From positions 25,826,912-25,890,911 of the forward strand of contig NC_092675.1 in NCBI RefSeq assembly GCF_964355755.1: a DNA stretch of 64,000 nucleotides, written 5' to 3'. Position 1 is the first letter of the stretch. Each line of letters starts with the position of its first letter. The stretch comes from Antedon mediterranea (taxonomy: Eukaryota > Animalia > Echinodermata). Below, piece after piece: positions 42,906 through 55,600 of this stretch. The notes beneath the pieces were generated by a model. That model worked only from the letters and a program-made list of their open reading frames with translations. It made no database searches and had not been told where the DNA came from. A program made the translations under genes and the position numbers.

Positions 42906-43681
42906 TTGTGGAATTTAAAAACATTTATAGCTAGTAACACAGTTCAAAACATGATGTTCTGTATATTACATAAACTACTGTACCCTCTATGACATTAAGC
43001 ATTTACCATTCTAGGCCTGAATGTCAAACCATTCTATAGGCATGTATGATAACTCGCCAACTGCCAAAACATTCACCATTGTGTAGGCCTGAAACCTCAT
43101 ACAACATTGCAAAGTTGTATTGACTTACTTCAAGAATATATCGATGCTATAGAAATTTACACCACATAATTGAATAAGCATTTATGACATAACCTTGTAC
43201 TGTACTTCTTGCAAGATTTTACAACGCCATTTTTAACCGTATTTTGATTGAATTAAAATTACAAAGACCACAATAACTGTCCAATGAAACGTGGTATAGC
43301 TATATAAATATACAGTGAAAAGGTTTTTTTTGCAAACTAATTTTTAGAGAGAGAATTATTATTCAATTATAATACAGTTGAGGACAATTTTGCGATCAAT
43401 AAACCACAAAGAACAATTTTGAATACTCAACTAAACAGTTGTATCTTCTATCTATAAAAAAGCTAGACATTTATTTAAAAAATTGTATACTCTTGGAAAA
43501 AATATACTAATCAAACACTTGATTTTTTCTCCAGGCACATAAAAACATTTAAAAGCAGTTTAAAATAAAAACAAAATGTATTTTTGAATACAATAACACA
43601 GTATAAAACAATTCTATGCTAAGATACTACAAACAACAAAATACAATAACTGAAGATTGTATGGGTTGTATGCTACAACTT

Positions 43682-46600
43682 CTATCTCCTTCGATGGCCT
43701 CGGCTGCGTGGGGGCGATAGTGGGCTGCGACTACGCCTGCTGCTTCGAGAACTTTGATTGCGCCTTACATAGTCATCGGAAGTGTGTACCCTATCATAAC
43801 CCTAAAAAAACAAAATACAGTATTACTATTTTATAACTTTTTTACAGTCTGTGGAAATTAATAGTAATTTAATTAAATGAATGGTGGATTTGATACAAAC
43901 TACACGATTTTGACATAATTACAGACATATTTAGTTTCTTTTAAAAAGAAAATTACAGTGTTATTATAGTTTAAAAGAGTTAAAGCTATGTGAAATAAGA
44001 TGTGAAATAAGATATGTAATATAACAGCGGCATCATTTCCTGCATGCATGATATTTCAGTATTAAATTGCAAGTACCTAAGATTTAGGGGTCGAGGCTTG
44101 ATGGCCGTGTGAACATTAATAAGGACTTTACAAAACATGACGGTTAGGGGAGGACGACGAATATCCTGTGTTCGCTAAAACGTAAAATCATATACAGTCA
44201 ACATAGCCGTTTTATTAGTTACGCACCCTTGCGCGAAGATGATGACCAGCAGTATATCTCTCTCCCTCCGCTTTCTCGTGGCAAGGGGCCCTTCTGAATC
44301 GCTGACTCTGGTGATACAGCATAGGCCTAGCCTTCCTAGCTAGGGCCTCGCATTTAAATGCCGCTTTTAACACAGCCATTTTAACCCAATAAAAATGTTA
44401 TTTCATTGAACAATTTTTTTTAATGGGAAACTAAAAAATGGCAACTTTATTGTCGTCAAAAAGTTTGGACAACGGAATTTCACGCTAAGCAACACCCACT
44501 TTGTTCAAGCTCATGCATAAATTATTTATGAGGCTTGAATCCATCGTCCTGTGGCTTCCCGGTGTGTTTCGTAAGGTCGCTATTGCCATTTTGAGAGGCA
44601 GCTATTTCGAACCATATCATGAAATCCTTTTTTATTTCTCTTGTATTAATTAAACTTTACTAAGAACTTTAATTAAAATGTTGTGTTTATGTTAGCATAC
44701 ATGCAATCAATGGTTTTGATGGATAAACCTACGGATTTTAAATGTCATCCAGTAGAACCCTTAAGGGGATACCTTCAATACCCAATAAAATTTCCTTTTA
44801 ATAAGAATGTCATAGTAAATTGTTCATAGTGAAAAACTTTGTTCATTTTTCTATAAGTGTCCTTTTAATAGGGGTGTCTTTGAATAGGGTTTGGCTGTAG
44901 TGTCGAAAAACTGTTTATTATTCTATAAGTGCTTGAATAGGGGTTTCCTTGAATAGTGTTTTTTGAAACACTTTGTTGCTTGGGAAAGTGTCCCCTTAGG
45001 GATGTCCCTTGAATAGGGGTTTGCAGTAGTGTTGAAACACTTTGTTGCTTGGTAAAGTGTCCCCTTAGGGATGTCTCTTGAATAGGGGTTTGCAGTAGTG
45101 TTGAAACACTTTTGTTTCTTGGGAAAGTGTCCCTTAAATAGGTGATTAAATGAATGTGCTTTACTGTTACACATATTGCATTTATTGCTATTTCATTGCG
45201 ATTACTGTTATAACAAATTGAAAATCAATTACAAATAAGACAGAAGCAGATAAATGGTAGGAAAGGTAAGCTCTAACACCTTGACAAATTAATTTATATC
45301 CAGAATTGCTCATTCTGCGCTTATTTGAATTTTCAATTTAATTGCTTTATCAGAAACATCTTTAATATAAATTCACTGACATACTCTAAATCAATTTGAC
45401 TACTCTATTTCTTGAAAGAACCATTCAATCTGCCCCATCATCAGAAATTATTATTAATTACAAGAAATTGATTAAACAATTCAAAATCATTCTTCATCTC
45501 TTATCAGAAAACAGTTCCTTGAAAATCAATGAAACTATTAAATGCTTAATTTAAATTCTCTCTATCTTGACACTTTCAAAGAATCCAATTTTAACAAATT
45601 AATTTAATGAATTGAAGAGCTTTGAAAACTTTTTTATACAGTAGTAGAGATAAAAATAATAGTAGAGTTATTATAATAGTAATAGCAGAAGAAAATAAAT
45701 GCAAGACAGGCAGACTGTTCATAATTATTAACTTAAATTTACTTTATGTTCCTTTTGTAAGACTTAGTAAAAGCCAATTTTTTATTACAGTTCATGGACC
45801 TAAATTATGGAATAAGAGAATCTAAAAAAATGTGAAAATGCAAAAATATTCAGACATCAAATGAAGTTTAATTATTTGGAAAATTATCATTCACAAATGT
45901 ATTATTATTATGCCACTTTTACCTAATTTGTATACATTTTTATTTTGTTTTATGTCTTGTTGGGTCTTTCTGAGACAGGCCTTGGCCTCTAAGTCAGATC
46001 CTAATGTATGATATATTTATTTGTTTATATTGTTTACATTGTTTAAGTTTTCATTAATTGAATAAATGTGAAATGAATGAATGAATGAATGAATGGTATA
46101 CCTTCTTCTGAACAACAACATTAAATCAACACACATTTACATATTTTAAAATGTTTTCATATAGTAGAATCCTTATTAAGGGGCCACATTTGATTCCTAA
46201 CAAAGTGTCCCTTTATAGGGGTGTCCCCTGAATGGGGTTTCCAAAAGCAAGATTTTTACTGTACATTACATTCAGTAATGAATGTAATGTACAGTAGAAA
46301 CATGGCTTTGCTGTGTGTTTTCACTTTATGTTTTTTTTGCTAAAGCTTAATTTATCATTGTGATGTACTATTTTCAAACTAATTTTTCTGCCTTTTGTAT
46401 GTTTTTATACCTCAACAAATCAATTCGGAAAAAATGTAAGAATTTCAATATTATATTATTATGAATACCTTAACAATAATATTAACCTATATTCCATACC
46501 ATGGGCTGGCGCGTAATTGCTTGACATTTAACAATGAATCTTTGACTTTCTAAAACAAAAATAAGCTTCGACATTTATTGAAAATATGCATTACCTATAA

Positions 46601-49600
46601 ACCAAGAAAATGATTGTTTAATGCTAATAAAAAAGAAAATGTCTATAATTTATTTCTTTTACACGCGCAAAGTAGTCAAATAATACATACTTTAATTTTA
46701 CTTAATTGTTCGCCTTTTAAAGCAATATTTGAAATTTAATCGGATTCTTATTTTTTAAAGCAATACATTTTAAAGTGATAATTCTGCAATTACTTATAAA
46801 TAGTTGTTAGTCTAAATCCAACATTAAGGCTGTGAACAAACGAAATATCCCCTTAATAGGAGTAGGAGTTTACTTCAATCTTTATAATTGACAAATAATT
46901 GCCATAGAGTAGCTTTATTGTTTAAGAACATAAAATAATATATAATTGTGGCATACAGTATGCAAGGCAAATCGGACATAAATCGGAATTTTCAAATTTG
47001 AGATTTTCAGAAACTGAAACTACATAATCCAAGATTTAAAATGCTGAAAAAAATATCTTGATACCATGTCTACTTCCAGAGATATCTCAGTCTAAAGGTT
47101 TGGCCGTTACAATCAGTGTTTTGAGAAAAATTATTTTAAAGGTAAGTAACAGGAAATGACAAATACAAAAAAATAAAAAGGGCGTGCCTTAGCAAACAGG
47201 TATTCTAATTGTTTAATTTTGATGAAACTTCGCACCTTCGTAAATTAACTATTGTTCTATTGTTATGCAAAATTTTCATTAAAAACAAGCCACTGGAACA
47301 CATTTCAATTTAAGCATAAAACATGATATGTTTTATGAAAATCGTACATAATTTACGCCATCCATTTAACCAACATACCACACAAAATATAAAAATCTAT
47401 TTGTTTCTTTGTCTCAAAATAGAAAAACACCAAGGTAATGTAAATAAATACTGTTTCAGCTATCATTTTCTGTAAAAATTAAAAAAAATGAAATTTTTCA
47501 GCCTTTTATTGTTTTTGACTGTCTTTACAAATCTACACATCAGACTTATGTCCGATTTCGTCACTCATCAAATGGTTGATTCTTAACAATACAGAATAGA
47601 CTGGTTCTTTTCAGGTGTAGAACTTATAACTAACTTATATTGATGGTGGCAGAAAAGAGCATTCATCTTACAATGTGTGAAATTAAAGAAACAAATTGAG
47701 TAACAACTATTAAATAGTTGTGACTCAATTTGTACAAAGCAAAATGGTGTTAAATATAGTTGTAAGTTAGGTTGGTTACTGTCAAAATATACGTAATAAA
47801 CAAAAAACATCACATATTTTTATTCTATGTGTTTTGACAACAACAAAAAATCTCATCATATCATTATAATTTTATTTTAAATAGTAGTTTAAAGATATAT
47901 TGTTCCCCAAACACATGAAAAATGAAGATTAATAAAAAAAAAAGCATTTGAATAGCATATTCATAAAAAAAAACACATTTTGTCAAAGTGCTTTAACCAT
48001 CTTGTGCTGATGATGTAAGTAATTAGTGAAAGAAGGAAAATAATGAACATCAATGTTTTAAAACTTACCGATCGACGATCCTTCCCGCGTCTGTGTTCTC
48101 TTCGACCGTGATCTCTATCTCTGTCCCTTTCTCGTTCCCGATGTCTGTCTCGATCTCTGTCACGATCACGACGGGACATGGGTGGTGGTGCAAAATCTCG
48201 CATCTGGTCTCTCATTGTTAATGGAGGAAGTGATCTATCCATTGAATAGTGAGGTGGGGGTGGGCCCATTGGTCCTGGAGGGTAAGAATTCTAAAGAAAA
48301 AAGGATTTATTATTAAGAAAGTATTTTCAAAAACTTAGCTAGAAATGTTAAAGATGTAAAAAATTATTTTTAACAAAATTGTTGTTGAATATGATATTTT
48401 AATGTAACATAATAGCCACTTTTACCAAAAAGTAGATCTTCTACGGAAGTGATTAACTTTATTAAAACTACAAAATAACATATTCAAAGTCTGATTTAAT
48501 TAATCTTCATTTTTCATGTTTTTGGTGGACAATACATCTTTAACTGAAATGAAATGTGTATGGAGCTTATAGATTAGTAGTTCACCTCTATTCAGTGACA
48601 CCTCTATTAAAGGGACACTTATCCTGGAAATGAATGAAAATGGTTAGGTAGCCACTATTAAAGTGAGACACTTTGTATTATTTACCCAAAAACATGAAAA
48701 ATGAAAATTAATTAAATCACTCTCATAGAAAAAACAATATTAAAATAATGTTTTCATGCATAAAAAGACAAAATAAATGGTTAAATCAAGGAAAATTAGC
48801 TAGCTGGCAAGCAATGTGACTATTTTTTGCTTTAAATTACAGTTTTTTCAGGTAAATGTTTTTTAAATCAAAATTTTGGTCAAAGTGAATAACTATTATG
48901 CGACATTAAAATGGCATTATTCAACAAAAAATGTTAACAAATTTTTTTCAGGGGGACGATCTTTAAAACTAAAGATTCCAGTATAATTATTTGTTATACA
49001 ATGTTTAAAATAAACTGTAACACTGTGTATTAATTAGCAAAACATAAAATTCATTCTGCAGAATTAAGAAAAATCAATATTCGAAACTATAAATAATTGT
49101 TTCTATCATTCAGTTAAAAACTTTATTTCAAAAGACATTAAATTATTTTAATGTTGAACTTTCAACAGAATTAAAAATCAACATTTGAAACTATAAATAA
49201 TTATTATCATTTAGTTAAAACTTTATTTCAAAACACATTATGTTATGTTGAACTTACAGGATGTGGCGGTCCATATGCCGGAATGGACATAGGAAGGGGA
49301 TGCCTTGATTGGTGAAAATCACGTAAATAATCCGAGTAGCTCTAAAAAATAAAAAAATGTCATTAAGGAGTCTGTAATAATATAGGCAGAGATAATGAGG
49401 TGTGCAACTATATACATGTTACTATAATACCCAAGGCCACAATTAATCATGTTTTTAAGATACTGATGGGATTAGCTCTCGCATGTTGCGCTTTATATTG
49501 CAAACACATGGAAAAAGGATCCAAGTAAAGTCTAATTAAACATTTAGACAAAGTATGAAATAAATAAATGACTTTCAAGAATATAGATATTTATAATTTA

Positions 49601-52600
49601 TAATGGGATTTAAAAAAAATTTAATATTAACAATTGCTATAACATGAAATTAAATAATGGGAGACTTCTACAAAAAAGTTGAGGCATAGAAGACAGCCCA
49701 AACTGCACAATGAATAAATTTATATAAATGTATGATAAGGAAATGTGATCAGAATGTGAAAGAGCAATCCTGAGACATGAACACTGAATTTTCTGTTTGA
49801 GATATCCTACCATTAGACCATATACAAAATTAATTAATTCATTTTTAGTATATCACTGGGTAGTTTACAATTTATTCTGTGCCGTTTGTATTTTTATTAT
49901 ATAAACCAAATGTTTTACTAAATTAATTTTATCTAGAATGAAATGTTGAGGTCACGTACAAAGCATAATATCTAAGATATACTTAGATGTGAATTTAAAT
50001 CATGAAGCTTTTAATTAAATGCAAATTTTAATTGTGTATGATTGAGATGATTGTTTAATAATTATAATCCAAGGGTTGGTGACAAAACTTAATGATGGCT
50101 GATAAAATTGAAGAGTACCTAGAGATTGGGCATTTATGAATCAAACGACCTTAACATGACCTTTAGAGCTGTATGAAGAAGAGGTTAAGTCTAGGGAAAA
50201 AGCTTTAGGGCAGAAAAAAGCTTTTCACCACAGAAATGTTGGGCTGAAGAGCTTTATGTTGGGGCAAGAGCTCTAGACTTGGGGAAGAGCACTAGATTGG
50301 GGAAAGAGCACTATACTGGGGAAAGAGCTCTAAACTGGAGGAAGAGCACTTGACTAGGGAAAGAGCTCTAAACTCTAGACTGAGGGAAACATCTTTAGGG
50401 CTGGATGAAGAGTTCTAGGCTGGGGATGAGCTCTAGATTGGGGGAGGGATAGATCTTTACTGCTGGATGAAGAGCTCTAGGCTTGGTTGAATAGCTTTAG
50501 TTGAGAAGACATATTCAGGCAAGTCTACATTTTCCATTATTCATCTTAACCACAAGTAGGTGGCAGCATTTAAAAAAGTGAATAGCGGCATCGTGAATTC
50601 CATGTGGCATTATGTGTTTCAACAAAGGTGGAAGCTTTAAAATAATTTTTACATTTATTTTAGGCTGGGTGGCTGTCCCACAGTACCCATCTAAACAAAC
50701 TTGATTATACTCTTCAAGATTATAATACTGCTACAATTAGAATTCATTATAAAGAATTATTATCAGTATGATTAATATAAATCAATATTTACCCCACCAC
50801 TCATCAAGTCACGTGGAGGTCCATTACTGTATGGAGGTGGCCTGAAAAAACAAACAAAAAAAAGTTTTAATAATGAGTGGATAAAAGAAGATTAATATCT
50901 AGGTCATTAGATGGGTTTAAATGATAGTTCACTGAAAGTTTAATAATCTGGAAAATCACATAAGAAAAAGGATAAAAAATGTATGATTTATTACATTTGG
51001 TATCGACTGATATTAAGCCACTAATTTAATTATGCCCTACACATAATGGAAGATCATTATAATTAACATCCAGACACCTGCAAAAATGCTATTAGGCATA
51101 GGACACTATTGTCAAGTAGTTTTACTAAAGGCAAATATTGTGAGAGAAATGTAGAACTGAGATAACACAAGAAAAAAATGGTTTGTGGGTATTCCGGTCT
51201 TCTGCAACTGGCAGGTGCACGAACAGTAAAATTGCTTATTTGATAAAAGCATTTCAAAACACAGACGTGAACAGCATGGCACAAGCTAACGTTAAGAGGA
51301 AATATTAAAATGAATCACACAATGGAGAATGTAATCCATTCTAAAAAAATCTGTCAAATTATTGATATTTTACCTTCTTTTCGGTCTTTCATAGTCTGAA
51401 AAAAAAAAACCCCCCAAAAACATTACAATGAATATACTACTTAGGTAACTATGTAATCTAAATCATAACAATATTAAATGGTTGCTACAGGTTTAAAACA
51501 CTCATTCTATTTACCGCCGTCAGAAGTTGTATCATAATACTGTGGTTTAAACAATATAAATTTTAAACCTGGAGCTATTCTTTAAGCCAAATGGTATAAT
51601 ATCATTAACCATCCATAAAGGATGACAAAATGTAGGATAGGTAGGTAGAATGGTGTGGTGACCTTTACTTGTCTGAAACCTATATTCTAAGTCAGTCATT
51701 ATTTTTTCAATTGTCTGTGTTTGATTTCAGTGGTAATAAAAACCAGATACAGTTATATTTCTATTCCAATAATTTTCCAATTTACCCATTTTATAGCTGG
51801 TGATATAGTGTAAGTAAAGTCAGTACTTGGCTGCTCAATACAATACTAGTCTACTAACTTTAATATTTATTTTAATATTTTTACAGCGTATTAAAATTCT
51901 TTTAAATTGAAATTTAAGGCTTTGTATTTATATGACTGTAAAGCACATTAGAAAAGGAAGACTAACCATCTCGTCTGTTGTAGCTAGGCCTGCTTCTCTT
52001 CATGCGGTGATAATCTGGACGAGGCGGCCTATCAGGTAATAATACTCATTAGATATTGCACTTACGTAAAACATGTGCAAGAAGGATGCATTAAAAAGAG
52101 ATTCCGACTTAAATACCGTGGATTATCCTCATAACACTTACTAATATCTTGAAAGGTTTTATAGAAAATTTGCCAAAAAAGGGATAGATTAAATACGAGA
52201 ATCTACCAATTCACATTTCAAATTTTAATCGATTGAAATCTCATTTAGTGATTTTCATCTCATTTCAAATTAAATTATAATGTTTTTTCATTCGGCGTGT
52301 CATGGTGACGACACGTTTGTAAGGTCGTAGTACTGTGGATAATCGAGGCCGGTGTAAAAGTCACGACTTGCTCTTATTCCTGCTAAAACGGGAAAATCAG
52401 TTGTGAATATCACACAATAAGTACAATTTAGTCAATAAAACACCATCAACCAACAGGTAAAGTAGATAATGTACTTATGGTTGCTGATATGGAGTTGGTT
52501 TGTCTTTCAATTAGTGCTATTTTCCAAGCTACGTTAATTAAATGTAAATGCATGGAGATGGTTTATTAAACTGTTGAGTGTTAGTTAATGTGATTGAAAG

Positions 52601-55600
52601 TACTTCGTTTACCATAATGCTATAAATAGTTGTTGCATGTAAAAACAAATTTTGTGATTTAATTGAATAACAGTTTGATCCTACTATTAAAAATAAAAAC
52701 TTATCTTTTTTACGTTTTAAGAATAAATATTCTATGTGTTATCATAATAAAACAATATTATGGATTTTTTTTTACTTCACAGGATCCATGTACCATAGAT
52801 TGTTAATAAGTGAGGAGGTGAGTCCCGTGTTCTCTGAACGTAGGGGAATGAGCTGTTAGGAGCTCATTGTACTAAGCCTTGGCATTATGGTAGGGTGGCC
52901 AGTTCCTTTCCACGCCGCCTTTTTTCTCCCTAGTATTTTCAACCAGGTACTCATTTTACAGCTGAGTGAACTGGGAGTTGTCGGGCATTGAACCCGGGTC
53001 TATCTGTACGACAGTCAAGTGTCCTAACCACTCGGCTATCCAACTCCTGTTAATAAGTAATTAAATTGAAAATTACTTTTTTTTTAAATTATAGTACTTC
53101 AATTTACAGTTACATTTATTATATCAAAGAAATATATAAAAAGGTAATACATAAGCAAATAAAAACAATATTGAAAAGGCAACAGCCAAGATAATGTTAA
53201 AATAATTATGAAAGAATTCTAATTAAAATAAGAATATATAAGAAAAATGAGTTTTAGCAATTTATATTTCATATCATTTTATAAGAAAACTCACATTTGT
53301 AAATATACAGTAGCCGTCACATTTTCTAGTAGGAGTTAATTATTCTTCGAACAGAGATAATGGTAAATAACCGCATTACTTTCCGCTATAACATGTACTT
53401 TCTTAAGCATTTAAATGTTAATTTTATTATCTAGGTTAATTTGGTATTCACCATTCTTCAGTAATTTATTTATTGTTAAGCTATAAATAAATTACGGCAA
53501 AAGGATGTCAATTCAGTTCAATTTACTTCCAGAGTAAATACACAATTTAGCGAAATATCAATGACAATTTTACTGTGAAATATTTTCAATTTGAAGTTTT
53601 TGATTGTGTATAAACAAATGAAATAATATCTTTTTTTTTCTTTTTGTATTCTAATATTACAGAAGAATACACTTTTCAAATAGTGAAATATGTTTTAACA
53701 CTATGGTAACTCCTATTCAAACATATAAGGAGACGATTTATTGGGTCTCTAGGGTGTCCTCTTAACAGAGGTTTTACTATATTTAATAATATTCAGTTAT
53801 TATTATTTAAATTAATATTATCTATATATAAATTTACGTAAGGGCAAAAATCGGTAAATCGTGCGTTATTTCTAGAATGTTTACTCGATGGTATATAAAG
53901 TTGGTTCGTACTTTCGGTACTAATTTTAACCACCGGATGTAACCCTGTTTACTAATTAAATTGAGTTCGATAATTAGTTATTGACGATTAAAACGAATTT
54001 AGGTTCAACGATTTGCCCCAAATAGGGGTGTTTTCCGATCGTGGTATACACTGTCTAATGGATGTCAATTTGAAAAATACCCGCACACAATAATACGAGG
54101 ACACTTCGCATTTTCCTATCTCCTCCTACGATAATTGTTTTTAATAGCTGAAAACCGGTTGAACAGTTCGAGTACAGCATCATAATGTTGAAGACAAGCC
54201 GATTTTCTTTAAAAAATGCTATTTTGATACATGTAATATACGTTTTTACAAATGTATTGATTTGTGATGAATGGAACATTCCAAATTATTTGGTTTAACC
54301 ATAGAGGTATAGATTTAGATTTATGGGCCCCCTTGGAGAATAAACATAAATAGTATTGCAATGCTGTACAATACTGTTAAGGTATTAACCACTTTTGATC
54401 GCAATTTGAATCGCAAATTTCTTACTGTGTGAGTGTTGGTACTGTTAGATATAATATAAACAAATATACAAATAAACTTTATTACTGTGAGTGTGGGTAG
54501 GCCCTACTGTTGGATTATAAACATATAATATACAAATAAATAAACGTTATTACTGACAGTTGCTTCTCAACGTTTGTATTAATTAATAATTTAAAAATAT
54601 ATAAACGTACGTAGTGATGTATAGTTACATGTACTTCACTATTTCAATCGACCATGACAGTGAGAGTTTTAACAAAGTATTAAATCGTGAATGTTTTACT
54701 GTATTTAGTGGTATATTATTTATAGGCCTATAAAACATTAAAAACAATATTTTGTTACTGAGTGGATAAGAATATATTTTAAAATGTTTCCTCTTTGTAC
54801 CTATCTTCTTCCCCCATCCCTCAACCCTTAATGTTACATACAAAACACAAATTGGGTTTGTTTAAATGAGTCCAAATAAAAAAATTTGACTCATTTTGTT
54901 TCTCTCTCGGAAGTAATTCCCAGGGTGCTAATTTTAGCTGACTACATAAATCATCGTGTATATTTATTCGTTTCTGTAAACGACAATGTATTATAGTCCT
55001 GCAGTACGTACATTTGAAATCTCCATTTTTTTTTCGCTGGAAAATACTGTGTATTCGAGAACCATCTGTGGGCACGACCTAGATGGTACGCGAGCGAAGC
55101 GAGCGTGCCATCTAGTTTTTGTAATTATTGAAAGTAAAAGTTATTATGCTGCTATTGTTACATAGAATATTTGTTTTTAAAATGTGTTCTATTTACAGTT
55201 GTGGTATGCTATGAGTGTAAGTTAATTTTGATAAAACAATGTTTGTGTGATGCCTTTAATTGATTTTTATGATGATGATTCAATGACTTTATCTACATAA
55301 ATGAATGATATTCACACCGACTTACAAGCATTCCTGTTTCGTTTTTAGAAATATAGAACATACCATTATGTCTGGATGTAGAAAGACATCATAGTTCATA
55401 CAAAGTCCTGGTTACTTTTGCAACTTCTACCTCAATTGATAAATGGGATAGTCCCTTGTAAGTTGTACAACCAACTTATTTTATGTTCAATCTCAATTGA
55501 GTATTATGCATATTGTTCAACCAACATTTGTATACCACCTGTGTGAGTGCTGTGCTTGTGAAGTTGATACTTCTAGTCACACAGACACGATATTAACCAC

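Noticed and set aside
44090-44620. snRNA, 7SK, RNase MRP or telomerase RNA gene in the GC-rich island
   Set aside because: No recognisable diagnostic 5' sequences, Sm site or full CTAACCCTAA template by eye. An Rfam search is needed to exclude this fully.
52960-53047. tRNA gene
   Set aside because: A and B boxes are present but continue into a SINE body flanked by a TSD, and no complete cloverleaf is evident.
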